Part shown: positions 28,885 through 39,585 of the stretch, in pieces | Position numbering within the stretch: the first letter of the stretch is position 1 | How the letters are laid out: every line of letters begins with the position of its first letter | NCBI GenBank assembly: GCA_048940445.1 | Contig: JBHLON010000013.1 | Coordinates: 1-64,000 of the forward strand | From: Promethearchaeota archaeon | GTDB taxonomy: Archaea; Asgardarchaeota; Lokiarchaeia; Sigyniarchaeales; SOKP01 | Reading direction: 5' to 3' | DNA length: 64,000 nt | Notes under the pieces: model-generated | What the model saw: the letters and a program-made list of their open reading frames with translations, nothing else | Database searches by the model: none | What the model was told of the DNA's origin: nothing | Program-made: the position numbers and the translations under genes

Positions 28885-29259
28885 ATGGTAAAAAAAAACA
28901 AAAAGATTAGCGAAACTATTGATTTATCGCGTAAAAAAGAAAAAGAATTTGATATAGACACAAATATTAAAGTTGTCTATAAAACGGGGAAAATTATTTA
29001 CGGCAAAGAGCAAGTTTTAAGGCAATTACGACAAAATCCTTTTAAGATGTTAATTATTGCAAATAATTGCCCAAAAGAATTTGAGGATCAAATAAATTAT
29101 TATAATTCTTTATTGAAAGATGGAACCTTTGTTCATAAATATAAAGGTTCTTCTTGGGATTTAGGTCTTGCTATGGGTAAGCCATATATGATATCAGTAA
29201 TTGGAATAAATGATTTTGGAGACTCAGATTTAACTTCTTTAAAAATAAAGGCAAATTAA
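28885..29259 (+). CDS. rpl30e: Ribosomal protein L30e
   Basis: KTGK..YG, IIANNCP and GSSWDLG.AMGKPY.ISV..I.D.GDS motifs. Confidence 0.95.
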   Translation: MVKKNKKISETIDLSRKKEKEFDIDTNIKVVYKTGKIIYGKEQVLRQLRQNPFKMLIIANNCPKEFEDQINYYNSLLKDGTFVHKYKGSSWDLGLAMGKPYMISVIGINDFGDSDLTSLKIKAN

Positions 29260-29282
29260 TTAAGTAAGTTGATTCTTTAAAA

Positions 29283-29756
29283 ATGTTAAAAAAAAATATT
29301 AAATTTGATAGACAGTCAATGGAACTTATTTCTTTATTTAATAGTATTACAGGGGCAATAATCAAAGACTGCTTAATATTTCAATCTCCAGAAAATGATA
29401 ATGAGATTGTAATTTTTTTGGTGAAAAAAGAGGATGTGGGGAAAGCAATTGGAAAAGCTGGAGAACACGTAAAAGATCTTATGGCTAAATTACAAAAAAA
29501 AATTGATGTCATTCCTTGGTCTGATAAACTTGAAGAATTCATACAATTTATTTTGAATACTTCAAAGAATTCAATCAAAATGCAAAATATAGAAATTAGA
29601 GAAAATAAAAATCAAAAGAAGACAGTTATTATCTCAGTACGTCCCCAAGATAGAGGAAAAGCAATTGGCAAAGAAGGTTCAATGATAAGAAAAATAAAAG
29701 AATTAGTGTTACGTCATTTTGAAGTAGATAATGTCATAATTAATACTAAAAACTGA
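29283..29756 (+). CDS. nusA: Archaeal NusA
   Basis: Two KH GKAIGKxG motifs; synteny. Confidence 0.95.
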   Translation: MLKKNIKFDRQSMELISLFNSITGAIIKDCLIFQSPENDNEIVIFLVKKEDVGKAIGKAGEHVKDLMAKLQKKIDVIPWSDKLEEFIQFILNTSKNSIKMQNIEIRENKNQKKTVIISVRPQDRGKAIGKEGSMIRKIKELVLRHFEVDNVIINTKN

Positions 29757-29865
29757 AACTATAATATTCCTTATCCAAAAATTTTAAGTTTAAAGCTATA
29801 CTCATTTTTGTATTGCATGAATATTAAAATTAGTTATATTACAACAATAATTTAAAACGATTTAT

Positions 29866-30300
29866 ATGAGCAAACCTAAAGGTTTATTTGCAGCGAGGAA
29901 ACTTCGTACCAATCGTAAGAAACTACGTTGGTCAAAAACCAAATATAAACGCAAGAAACTTAAGTTAAAAAAGAAAGTCGATCCTCTTGAAGGGTCTCCC
30001 CAAGCTTTAGGCATTGTTCTTCAAAAAGTTGGACGAGAAAGCAAACAACCTAACTCTGCCATTCGAAAATGTGTGCGTGTACAACTTAAAAAGAATGGAA
30101 AAGGTGTCACAGCTTTTCTTCCAGGCGATGGAGCTCTTAACTTCATTGAGGAGCATGATAGGGTTACTATTGAAGGAATTGGTGGAGCAAAAGGACGATC
30201 TATAGGCGATCTCCCTGGAGTAAGATATAAAGTAGTTAAAGTGAATGGAGTCTCTTTGGATGCACTTATCAAAGGTATTAAAGAAAAACCGATGCGTTAG
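29866..30300 (+). CDS. rps12: Ribosomal protein uS12
   Basis: [15 protein letters not shown] and [10 protein letters not shown] motifs. Confidence 0.99.
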   Translation: MSKPKGLFAARKLRTNRKKLRWSKTKYKRKKLKLKKKVDPLEGSPQALGIVLQKVGRESKQPNSAIRKCVRVQLKKNGKGVTAFLPGDGALNFIEEHDRVTIEGIGGAKGRSIGDLPGVRYKVVKVNGVSLDALIKGIKEKPMR

Positions 30301-30311
30301 AGGTAAATTCA

Positions 30312-30929
30312 ATGAGTAAGCAAAAGAGAGAAATCAAATTGTTTGATAAGTGGCCTTATACTGATATGGAAATCAGTGATTGGACTCTAGAAAAGTATAT
30401 TAATTTAAAACCAGTCATTATACCTCACTCAGCAGGCAGACATGAACATAAAAGGTTTTGGAAAACTTCACGAGTCTCTATTATTGAAAGGTTTGTTAAT
30501 AGATTATTAGCACCAGGTTTTATCGGAAGTAAAATAAAGGGCCATAAAAGCTCATACAACTCAGGTAAAAAAAGTAAATTATTAACTAGCATTAAAGATG
30601 CATTTACATTAATAGAACTAACTTCTGGCAAAAATCCAATTCAAGTGCTCGTAGATGCTATTTGCAATACAGCGCCCAGAGAAGAAACTACTAGAATAGC
30701 GATGGGAGGCATTTCTTATGCATCAGCGGTTGATATATCTCCTCAACGTCGAGTAGATTTAGCAATTAAATATTTGGTTCAAGCTATTGGCTCTAGAGCC
30801 CATTCTAATGTGAAACAATTTGAAGAAAACCTTGCTCAAGAGCTAATTTTAGCAGCAAACAATAGTCAAGATTCAAGAGCCATAAAACGCAAAGATGAAA
30901 TTGAGAGAATAGCAGTTTCTGCTCGTTAA
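30312..30929 (+). CDS. rps7: Ribosomal protein uS7
   Basis: NPIQVLVDAI, PREETTR, VDISPQRRVD and ERIAVSAR motifs. Confidence 0.99.
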   Translation: MSKQKREIKLFDKWPYTDMEISDWTLEKYINLKPVIIPHSAGRHEHKRFWKTSRVSIIERFVNRLLAPGFIGSKIKGHKSSYNSGKKSKLLTSIKDAFTLIELTSGKNPIQVLVDAICNTAPREETTRIAMGGISYASAVDISPQRRVDLAIKYLVQAIGSRAHSNVKQFEENLAQELILAANNSQDSRAIKRKDEIERIAVSAR

Positions 30930-31162
30930 TTAGAAATTATTCTAAATTAAACTCAATTCTTAATTATTATAAAGCTCTCTTCAAATTTCACTTTTTATAA
31001 TATTTTAAAAATATAAATATATTATCTGGATATTATCAGAATTAGTATAAGGCTGTATTTCTCCTAAATTTTTATATATTGCAAAATTCATAATTTAGTT
31101 AATCAAATTGAAAGAAATCTTACGATTTTGATAATAACTTAGGATTCGACAAAAAAACCTCT

Positions 31163-33076
31163 ATGATCGAAAGGCATTTACGGATATTAGGACAGAAAGT
31201 TAGGATTGATATCTTAAAGAAGTTGGATAATAGTTTAGTACCATTATCTTTTTCAACTCTTCAAAAAGAAATCTGTGATCTTAATCAAAGTAATATTAAT
31301 TTATCGTTTCATTTAAGGACTCTAAAGGAAGCAAATTTGATAGAATCCATAGAAGAAGGCTATCAAATCACAATTTTAGGAAAAAAAATTCTGAATAATA
31401 TCATCTTAATGGAACAAATCCTGAATGCCCAAAATAAAACGATTATGATAAGAACCTCTAAATATTCTAAAGAACCGTTTAATATTAAAAAAATTGAAGA
31501 ATATTTGATAAGAGAGGGAGAAATGGAAGAATATCAGGCAAAACAAATTGCAAGTGAAGTTCAAGAGCGTCTGAGTAAAACTAAAATAGATTATCTTACT
31601 GCTCCTTTAATGAGAGAGTATATTAATGCAATATTATTAGAAAATGGATTGGAGAAGGTGAGACATAAACTTACTAGATTGGGGACACCCCCATATGAAG
31701 CTATTGCTCTATTTGAAGATGCTGCAGTGAATCCAGAACAGTTTCTGGAGAGATTGGGCTCTGATGTTTCTGAACAATTGCTTCTATTAAACTTTTTGCC
31801 AAATCCTTTAGCGGACTTATATTTATCTGGAGAAATAGTATTTTTAAATTTAAATCAGTGGGCCTTAAGACCTTTAAGTTTCTATATTAATACCGAATCA
31901 ATATTAAACTATATCAAAAAGTCTGGCTCTTTAAAGATTGGAGAGCTTTCGACTTTATTTGAATATGTAAGGGTAATTCTAGAATTCCATAATACAATTT
32001 CGCTATTTAAACCATTCTTTTCGGGAGATATGGTCCTTGGTAATTTTGACAGACATTTTCTCTCCCATATTCCTTTTAAAAATCAAGAATTAATTAACTT
32101 GTTGGTAAATCAACTTTGTAACTTAAGTAAATCGATTACACTAGATTTTTCTTGCGAATATAATCATCATCTAAATGAATTATTCTTTTTATCTTTAAAT
32201 TCGCTTATAGATTCCAAAGAAAATAATAATATCCCTTTAGTTTTATTAGATAATTCTAATTTAAACATGTTTGAATCTAATCTATTTTCCTGTAAACTAA
32301 TCCCCAAGTTAAAAAATAGCTTTATTTTTTGTAATAAAAACTCATGTTTATTGAATTCCTCAATTATTAATTTAAAATTAAACCATACTTGCAACCTTTC
32401 TAATAATAAAATAGTGTTAGATAAAATTTTAATTAATTTACATTCAATAGCTCTACAGAGTAATCAAAATGATGATATATTTTATGAATTAATTACTGAT
32501 CGGTTGAGCAAATTATTTGAACTTTATAAGATTAAGGTACAATTAGTATCCAAGAAATTAAGTCCATTAAGAGAATGGGAGAAGGTAACACAATCATTCT
32601 TTAATGACAAAGGGCTAAGTTTATTAAAGAATTCTATAAAATCTGTATCATTCTTTGGATTAAATAAAGCCGTAAAAACACATTGCGGAATTGAACTTGA
32701 TCGAATTGATACGAGCCATAAATTTGCTTTAAAAGTTATTACATTAATGAATAAAATTGTTAATGAAACAGCACAAGATGAGAATGAAAATTATATCCTA
32801 AGTCAACCACATAATGATGAGTACTTATATACACCTACTAATATTATTAATACTGGGTTAGAAGAAGAAGAATTTAAAGGCTACTCAATGAATATTATAA
32901 GAACAGAATCAAATTTACCTCTGGAAAACCAAATCTCGCTCTTTAAAAAATTTGAATTAAAACTCAACGGTGGGGCTATTTTTAATTATTATTTGGCTGA
33001 AAATGACCAACAAGCAATAAAAAACTTCATTGACGTAGTAGGTAGATCGAAGTTATCTGCATTTCGCTTTTATTAA
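31163..33076 (+). CDS. ArsR-like wHTH + ATP-cone + degenerate NrdD-like fusion protein
   Basis: RIDIL..L...LSFHLRTL HTH; IRTS..EPF...LTAPLMREYINAILLE..TRLG.P cone; NrdD-like core with no glycyl-radical loop. Confidence 0.75.
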   Translation: MIERHLRILGQKVRIDILKKLDNSLVPLSFSTLQKEICDLNQSNINLSFHLRTLKEANLIESIEEGYQITILGKKILNNIILMEQILNAQNKTIMIRTSKYSKEPFNIKKIEEYLIREGEMEEYQAKQIASEVQERLSKTKIDYLTAPLMREYINAILLENGLEKVRHKLTRLGTPPYEAIALFEDAAVNPEQFLERLGSDVSEQLLLLNFLPNPLADLYLSGEIVFLNLNQWALRPLSFYINTESILNYIKKSGSLKIGELSTLFEYVRVILEFHNTISLFKPFFSGDMVLGNFDRHFLSHIPFKNQELINLLVNQLCNLSKSITLDFSCEYNHHLNELFFLSLNSLIDSKENNNIPLVLLDNSNLNMFESNLFSCKLIPKLKNSFIFCNKNSCLLNSSIINLKLNHTCNLSNNKIVLDKILINLHSIALQSNQNDDIFYELITDRLSKLFELYKIKVQLVSKKLSPLREWEKVTQSFFNDKGLSLLKNSIKSVSFFGLNKAVKTHCGIELDRIDTSHKFALKVITLMNKIVNETAQDENENYILSQPHNDEYLYTPTNIINTGLEEEEFKGYSMNIIRTESNLPLENQISLFKKFELKLNGGAIFNYYLAENDQQAIKNFIDVVGRSKLSAFRFY

Positions 33077-33997
33077 TTAATCTGATAGAAGTTCAGCTAG
33101 AATTGCTTTTCTCATAGGTATTCCATAATAGGCTTGTCTAAAATAAATAGCTTTATCTGAACTATCTATTTCAGGAGAAATTTCTGTCACTCTTGGTAAA
33201 GGATGCATAATTTTAAAATTATTTTTAGTAATTTTCAGATCTTCATTGGTAAATATATAGAAGCTCTTTACCCGATCGTATTCTTCCACATCAGCAAATC
33301 TTTCCTTTTGAATTCTAGTTACATATAAAATATCTAAAACTTTTAAAATATCTCGATATTTCTCAACTTCCTTATATTTTACTTTCCTTTGTTGTAACAA
33401 TTCCTTATCTCTATTTCTTAGCATTAAATCCTTGGGACTTATAAAGTAAATATTAACATCAAACTTTGACAATAAAATTGCAAGTGAGTGAACAGTTCTG
33501 CCATATTTCAGATCTCCCATAATACCTATATTTAAACCATCTATTTGGCCTTCTTCTTCATTAATTGTGAGCAAATCTAATAAAGCTTGAGTAGGATGTT
33601 CACCACTTCCAGATCCTGCATTTATTATCGGAACTCTTGCAAATTTTGCAGCTAAAGTAGCTGCTCCTTCCAAAGGATGCCTAATAACGATACAATCACT
33701 ATAGTTTTCTACTGTTCTAATAGTATCAGCAATACTTTCTCCTTTCTTTATCGAAGACGCATCTGCTGATGAAAATCCAATAACTTCTCCTCCTAATCTG
33801 TGCATAGCAGATTCAAAGCTTAAGCGCGTACGTGTAGATGGTTCAAAAAATAAAGTTGCGAGTATCTTTCCTTTAAGAAGATCCAGATTTTTGTCATTTT
33901 GAAGCATTTCCTTAGCCTTTTTTAATAAATATTCAATATCTTCTCGATCGAATGTTCTAGCAGTGATTATACCTTCTTGAAATTTCTCTTTGAACAT
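33077..33997 (-). CDS. pyrB: Aspartate carbamoyltransferase catalytic subunit
   Basis: FFEPSTRTRLSF, HPTQALLD, RIQKER and MHPLPR motifs. Confidence 0.98.
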   Translation of the reverse strand: MFKEKFQEGIITARTFDREDIEYLLKKAKEMLQNDKNLDLLKGKILATLFFEPSTRTRLSFESAMHRLGGEVIGFSSADASSIKKGESIADTIRTVENYSDCIVIRHPLEGAATLAAKFARVPIINAGSGSGEHPTQALLDLLTINEEEGQIDGLNIGIMGDLKYGRTVHSLAILLSKFDVNIYFISPKDLMLRNRDKELLQQRKVKYKEVEKYRDILKVLDILYVTRIQKERFADVEEYDRVKSFYIFTNEDLKITKNNFKIMHPLPRVTEISPEIDSSDKAIYFRQAYYGIPMRKAILAELLSD

Positions 33998-34157
33998 AAT
34001 TATACCTAATAAGAGTTTTATTAAAATTATGAATGAAAAATATAAATTCTTTTTTATTGGATAAGACTAAACTTATTAAGAAATTAATCAGAACTAATAA
34101 AATTTAAAATTTATAAAGAATTATCTATGTTATTCTAAAGAAAGAAGGTTATGACTA

Positions 34158-34439
34158 ATGAAATATCCTCGAACTGTTCAGAGATATTGTAAAAATTGCA
34201 GAAAACATACTAAACACAATATATCCATATATAAAAAAGGAAAAGAAAGGATGCTAAATCACGGGAGACGTAGGTTAGAAAGAAAGAAAAAAGGATATGG
34301 GTCATTTCCTAAAGAAATATTTCATAAAAATGCAAAAATAAATAAACGAACAACGCCTTTATTAGAATGTAGCGAATGTGGTAAAAAACAATACGCTAAA
34401 TCCTATCGTGTAAAAAGATTAGAATTACAAGCAGCATAG
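34158..34439 (+). CDS. rpl44e: Ribosomal protein L44e
   Basis: [24 protein letters not shown]. Confidence 0.95.
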   Translation: MKYPRTVQRYCKNCRKHTKHNISIYKKGKERMLNHGRRRLERKKKGYGSFPKEIFHKNAKINKRTTPLLECSECGKKQYAKSYRVKRLELQAA

Positions 34440-34452
34440 TGAGTTAATTACA

Positions 34453-34659
34453 ATGCCAAAGAAAAAAGCTCAAAGAGATTTGATTCCAAATCCAAACAGC
34501 AGATTTTTAAGAGTAAAGTGTTTAAATTGCGGAAATCAACAAATAATTTTTGGATGTTCCGCTACAGATGTGTCTTGTTTAGTTTGTGGTAAACTTCTAC
34601 TTCAATCTACTGGAGGTAAAGCACGTATATTAACAAAGATTTTAGAAGTACTTTCTTAA
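34453..34659 (+). CDS. rps27e: Ribosomal protein S27e
   Basis: [22 protein letters not shown]. Confidence 0.97.
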   Translation: MPKKKAQRDLIPNPNSRFLRVKCLNCGNQQIIFGCSATDVSCLVCGKLLLQSTGGKARILTKILEVLS

Positions 34660-34810
34660 ACACTACTACATTAACCTTATTCGTATTTTTCTCAATTAAA
34701 CTATTTTTACTATAAACTTTAAATAATTTTTTAGTTTAATATTTAAATAATTTCGAATCTAGTATTTATCTTATATAGATAATCCAATTAGCAAATTAGT
34801 TGAATAAGTA

Positions 34811-36433
34811 ATGGATGAGAATGAAAAATTCGAAATGATAGTTCACAGAGGGTTGGAGGAGTACTTTAAGCGAAATCCTAGAATTGCTGTCAAATTTGGA
34901 AAAGAAGAATATGAAAAAGTTGTGGAATCAGGAACTAAAGAACACATCGAAGAGAATCTTAGGTGGTTTAGTCACTGGATTGATGAACTTAAAGAATTAG
35001 ACGGTGAAAAATTAGACTTTGAAAACCAAATCTCACTAAGAGCAATGGAATATTATCATAATATCAATTTATTCATGCATGAAGAGTTTCCCTTATGGAA
35101 GAAAGTCCCTAATGGATTAGAATATATTCAAGAGATCATTTATCTTTTATTTCAACGAAAAGGAGTTACTATCGATGTAGCAGAAGCTATTATTGTCCAT
35201 TTAAATCAATTATCTAAATATTTAGAGGAATTTCAGTCGCGTTTTGATGGAACTCCCATTCCGAAAATATGGCGAGATCTAGCTTTAGAACAGGTACAAT
35301 TAGCCCCTAAGTCTCTAAAAACTATTGTCGATAGTTTCAATGAAACAGCTGATATAAATAAATCTCTTAAAGACAATCTTTTGAAGGTTTTGAAGAATAT
35401 TGAACCAATAATTCAAACCCATGTTGAATGGATAAAGAATCTACCCGTGGATAATGATGAATTTGCCTGGGCTTTAGGACCTGAAAAATTTGATAAACTA
35501 TTGAGTTTACGGAAACTTCCTTGTGATAAGAATACACTCTTGAAAAAAGGGAGCGAGATCTTTAATTCTTCATTTAAAAATATAAAGAAAGTTCTCAAAC
35601 AGATCTATCCTACTAATACTTTTAATGAGGCAGTTGAACTTTTTTTTAAGGAAGATTTAGTCCCTACCTTTCAACAAGTGCTTGAGTATACTCGAAATGA
35701 AGCAGAACGAGCGAAGACATTTATAAAGTCCCATAACCTTGTTACTGTCCCTGAAGAAAAGTTGATTATAGTTGAAACGCCTTCTCATCTTATTCCAATA
35801 ATCCTTCTTGCCGCTTACGAGCCAATACCTTACTTTGGTAAAGATCAACCAGGTATATTTATGATCTCTCCTACACAAGAAGAAAAACACTCTTATACAT
35901 TTATATCATATTGGATGGTTCATGAAGCATATCCTGGACATCATCTGGATTTTGCTTGTAATAATGCTTTTGCTCCTCTTATCAGATTGTTAGGGTTTGC
36001 TTATGAAACAGTAGAAGGATGGGCTCATTATTGTGAGGAAATGATGTTAAAGCAAGGATTTTATAAAGATCCTATTAAAACTCAGCAACTAGTTTTAGGA
36101 ATCCAGTTGCAAGAATCAATGAAAATCATGTTAGACATCCAATTGCACTGTAAGCAACAATCAATAACAGAAGCCATCAAGGTGATGATAAATATATTAG
36201 CAATGGAAGAAAAAGTAGCTAAGGCAGCGATATTAGACTTTACACTAACCCCTGCTTATCGATTGTCATATCTCTTTGGAAAGCTCCTTATCGAAGACTT
36301 ACAGCAAGATCTTAAGAAAAAGATGGGAAGCAAATTTAGCTTAAAATTTTTTCATGACACTATTCTTAGAAGTGGGGACTTACCTTATTGTTTATTAAAA
36401 GAATATTTTGAAGAAAAAATAAAAAATGTATAA
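34811..36433 (+). CDS. DUF885 family protein (putative metallopeptidase)
   Basis: HEAYPGHH, EGWAHYCE and FHD.IL.SG motifs. Confidence 0.88.
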   Translation: MDENEKFEMIVHRGLEEYFKRNPRIAVKFGKEEYEKVVESGTKEHIEENLRWFSHWIDELKELDGEKLDFENQISLRAMEYYHNINLFMHEEFPLWKKVPNGLEYIQEIIYLLFQRKGVTIDVAEAIIVHLNQLSKYLEEFQSRFDGTPIPKIWRDLALEQVQLAPKSLKTIVDSFNETADINKSLKDNLLKVLKNIEPIIQTHVEWIKNLPVDNDEFAWALGPEKFDKLLSLRKLPCDKNTLLKKGSEIFNSSFKNIKKVLKQIYPTNTFNEAVELFFKEDLVPTFQQVLEYTRNEAERAKTFIKSHNLVTVPEEKLIIVETPSHLIPIILLAAYEPIPYFGKDQPGIFMISPTQEEKHSYTFISYWMVHEAYPGHHLDFACNNAFAPLIRLLGFAYETVEGWAHYCEEMMLKQGFYKDPIKTQQLVLGIQLQESMKIMLDIQLHCKQQSITEAIKVMINILAMEEKVAKAAILDFTLTPAYRLSYLFGKLLIEDLQQDLKKKMGSKFSLKFFHDTILRSGDLPYCLLKEYFEEKIKNV

Positions 36434-36518
36434 TTTTCTCATATTGCTTTTTACTTTAAGAAAAACTATCGTGAAACCAAACTTTCACGAATCTAGGTAT
36501 ATATAATTTATCACTAAA

Positions 36519-36857
36519 TCAATTCTTTCTCCAAGTATGATTACATTTAAGACATTTGAAGAAAGATGTACTTGGTTCATCTGCACTTCTCATTTGCCTT
36601 TGCCAAGCCTCTGCCTGTGTATGGCCGCATTTAGGACAGATTTCATTTACTTTGATGTGAATAGAAATTTTATCTTTATCTGATAATATTACTAATTTTT
36701 TTTCTAGAGCTTTTTTCTTTTTCTGTACAATTCTTTCGGTATCATCAACATTTTTCTTTGCTTCTCTTTGATAACCACATCTGCAAAAAAGGTAATTTAT
36801 TCCATTTTCAGTTTTCTTCCTTAAAAGACTTGAACAATTTGGGCAAAAATCGACCAT
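36519..36857 (-). CDS. tfs: Transcription factor S (TFS/Rpo12-13-like cleavage factor)
   Basis: Two zinc ribbons; intact QMRSADEP acidic hairpin. Confidence 0.92.
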   Translation of the reverse strand: MVDFCPNCSSLLRKKTENGINYLFCRCGYQREAKKNVDDTERIVQKKKKALEKKLVILSDKDKISIHIKVNEICPKCGHTQAEAWQRQMRSADEPSTSFFKCLKCNHTWRKN

Positions 36858-36956
36858 AATAATAGGAACTTAATTTAGTTAATTTAAATCACTAAATTAT
36901 TATCTTTAAAAAATTTATGGATTAATTATTTTAAAGATTCAGAAGTAAAGAAACTC

Positions 36957-37298
36957 CTAGATTAACTCTTTTTTAATCTCATAAATTTTCTTATAATATT
37001 CAAAATTAAGTCCATTCCTATCTTGTATAATCTCGGCTTCAATTTCTTTCTCTCCGCTTACTTTTATACTTAATTCACCAATAACATTTATTAGATCTTC
37101 TTGTTTAAACTTAAAGTCAATATCATTTATATTTACTTTAATCTCTCCTGTATCATCATCTAAAATGATTAAATTCTCATCAATTTTTTCTTTAAAATAA
37201 CCTGTAACTTGAATACGTAAATCTTCATCAGCAATATCTTTTATCATCCTTTGTTTTGCATATTGGGTATCTTTTTTTTTATATGACATATAAATCAT
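36957..37298 (-). CDS. Single OB-fold protein, RPA3/RPA14-like
   Basis: IQVTG..ILDDDTGEI.V..I.VIG..I.AEIIQ..LNFE.Y.K pattern; next to PCNA. Confidence 0.7.
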   Translation of the reverse strand: MIYMSYKKKDTQYAKQRMIKDIADEDLRIQVTGYFKEKIDENLIILDDDTGEIKVNINDIDFKFKQEDLINVIGELSIKVSGEKEIEAEIIQDRNGLNFEYYKKIYEIKKELI

Positions 37299-37469
37299 TA
37301 AATTTTCTAATTATACAGATTTAAAAATTGAAGTTTACAAATAATAAGTAATTAAAAGATTAAAATTTTCTATTATTAAACCTCTAATACTGAATTTTAT
37401 AAGCATTGTGGTAAAAAAGATATTAATATCAAATCATTTTAACTATTAAAATAAAAGAACGGATTAAAA

Positions 37470-38297
37470 ATGTCATTTTCTTTAAAATTAGATGATAGTC
37501 GGATTTTAAAAGGAATTATTGAAACATTTGCTAGTTTTAGCGATGAGAGTGAATTTAAAGTTAATTCAAAGGAATTTGTCATTACTTCATATGACGAGAG
37601 CATGGTTAGTTTAATAAAATTTACAATGGATAAAGATAAGTTTGATGATTATAAATGTGCTAAAGAACAAAAAATAAGTTTAAATATAGACGATCTTGAT
37701 AAGATTTTAAAAAGGAGCACTGTAGATGATTCTATTGAGATTGAGTTCCAAGAAACCGATCAAAAAATAAAACTTAAAATGAAAAATAAGAACTCGAATC
37801 GAGTTCGTACATTTAGTTTATCAGTATTAGGAACAACAAGAGAAGAAGTCTCAATCGATAAGCTACAACAAATTGAATATCTTGCAACATGGGCAATGAC
37901 ACCTCCAGATTTTTCTCCAGATCTGCTAGTTGAAGCTATTAAAGATGCAGAAATCTATTCAGATATTCTAAACATAAAATTAGATGATAGTAATGGATTA
38001 ACATTTAATTCATCGGGTCAGATTGGTGAAATGGAATACAATATTGAAGTAAGCGATCTTCCCGAAAAAAAAATTGAAGAAACAGAAGTAGGAGCATATT
38101 CTATTTCTTTCTTAAAAAAAATTCTTAAACTTGCATCAATTACAGAAAAATTAGATATCTTCCTTAAAACTGATTATCCATTAAAAATGATATTTAATCT
38201 TTTAAATGGAGGAATACTATACTATTTTCTTGCTCCTCGAGTCGATAAGGATGAATTTCAAGACGATGAGGATATGGATGAATTTGATGAATTCTAA
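37470..38297 (+). CDS. pcn: PCNA sliding clamp
   Basis: D.SMVSL, YSISFLKKI, DYPLK and YFLAPR motifs; acidic tail. Confidence 0.95.
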   Translation: MSFSLKLDDSRILKGIIETFASFSDESEFKVNSKEFVITSYDESMVSLIKFTMDKDKFDDYKCAKEQKISLNIDDLDKILKRSTVDDSIEIEFQETDQKIKLKMKNKNSNRVRTFSLSVLGTTREEVSIDKLQQIEYLATWAMTPPDFSPDLLVEAIKDAEIYSDILNIKLDDSNGLTFNSSGQIGEMEYNIEVSDLPEKKIEETEVGAYSISFLKKILKLASITEKLDIFLKTDYPLKMIFNLLNGGILYYFLAPRVDKDEFQDDEDMDEFDEF

Positions 38298-38391
38298 AGT
38301 TTCTAATAATCCTCCTTACTCCTAACTTATTTAATTACAATTTTACTCAATTATTCAAATCAAAACAAATTGTACGTGAGGATTTTGAAAA

Positions 38392-39585
38392 ATGGAAGTT
38401 CTTTTGAAGTTAACAATGGATTATCCTTGGCTTAATTCATTTGAGAACTATCATGAAGAAATGGCACAACAGGATCCAGATATTTTTATTTCCAAGGTTT
38501 TTTCAAAATCTCCTGAAATAAATTTATATGAAATGATATCGAAATTTTTTAATGCTGCCTTTGATAATCTTGAAGAGATTACAGATTTTAATCTAAGTAA
38601 AATAAGTGTAGAATTGTACTTAATCCTTAGAATCCTTTTATATATCTTTTCAGATAACAGAATTACAAATAGGGTAGCAAATCTTTATTCTAAATTAATC
38701 TATTCTGAATTAAAAAATGAAAGCGATTATAACCTCTTTTATATCTGTCAAGACTTAAATATAAATTTGAAATATCTTGAACATGAAAGGACTTATAGAA
38801 TTATTTATGACAAAAATCAGCATGAAGAGTTAAAATCTAGATTCTTAATCCATTTCATCGATTACTTGAATCTTTCGACTAATTTGAAAGATGATTATAG
38901 AAGATTAATAAATAACCCTTTAGAAAATGGTTATATTTACATACAAAAAGAAAAATTAGCTAGACTTTTACAAGAATATGTGAGGAACAAACTCTTAGAT
39001 GTAGAAAAAGATAATAAAAAATCAATAGAAAAATTTAAAGAAAAGATGCTAACCGTTAAGGATTTTAAAGAATTATATGATAACATCTTACATTTATGGG
39101 ATATGAAAAAAGAGAGTTTTGAGTATTCAATTGATTTAAAATATCAAACAGGAAAAGATTTTTTAACAAACTTCCCTCCATGCATAAAGGAAATCCTAAG
39201 TAAAGCACAAGACCATCAAAATTTAATCCATATTGAAAGATTATTCCTTGTATTTTTTTTACATGCATTAGAATATCCTACTGAAGAGATAATCGACATC
39301 TTCTCCACTTTACCAGACTTTAATTATGAAAAGACAAAATATCAGGTGGAATTTGCTAAGAAGAAAGGTTATGTGCCACATTCATGCTCTACATTGAAGT
39401 CTTTAAATTTATGCATGGCTATTAAATATAAAGACGAACTATGCATAGATGGCTTTACTTCCAAAAAAGATAATATAAATAAGAAAATAACTCATCCGTT
39501 ATTTTATCTTCAATACAAACAATTTATTAGCAGTATAAAAAGTAATAAATCACAGCTTAAACGGAAAGATGAATTCAAAGACTAA
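38392..39585 (+). CDS. priL: DNA primase large subunit
   Basis: YPWL, FPPCI, H.ER, F...PDF...KTKYQVE and Fe-S Cys set. Confidence 0.92.
   Translation: MEVLLKLTMDYPWLNSFENYHEEMAQQDPDIFISKVFSKSPEINLYEMISKFFNAAFDNLEEITDFNLSKISVELYLILRILLYIFSDNRITNRVANLYSKLIYSELKNESDYNLFYICQDLNINLKYLEHERTYRIIYDKNQHEELKSRFLIHFIDYLNLSTNLKDDYRRLINNPLENGYIYIQKEKLARLLQEYVRNKLLDVEKDNKKSIEKFKEKMLTVKDFKELYDNILHLWDMKKESFEYSIDLKYQTGKDFLTNFPPCIKEILSKAQDHQNLIHIERLFLVFFLHALEYPTEEIIDIFSTLPDFNYEKTKYQVEFAKKKGYVPHSCSTLKSLNLCMAIKYKDELCIDGFTSKKDNINKKITHPLFYLQYKQFISSIKSNKSQLKRKDEFKD

Noticed and set aside
30007-30631. Several ORFs overlapping rps12 and rps7
   Set aside because: Shadow frames of highly conserved genes.
31163-33076. 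Functional anaerobic ribonucleotide reductase (nrdD)
   Set aside because: No glycyl-radical motif, no zinc site and no evident catalytic Cys.
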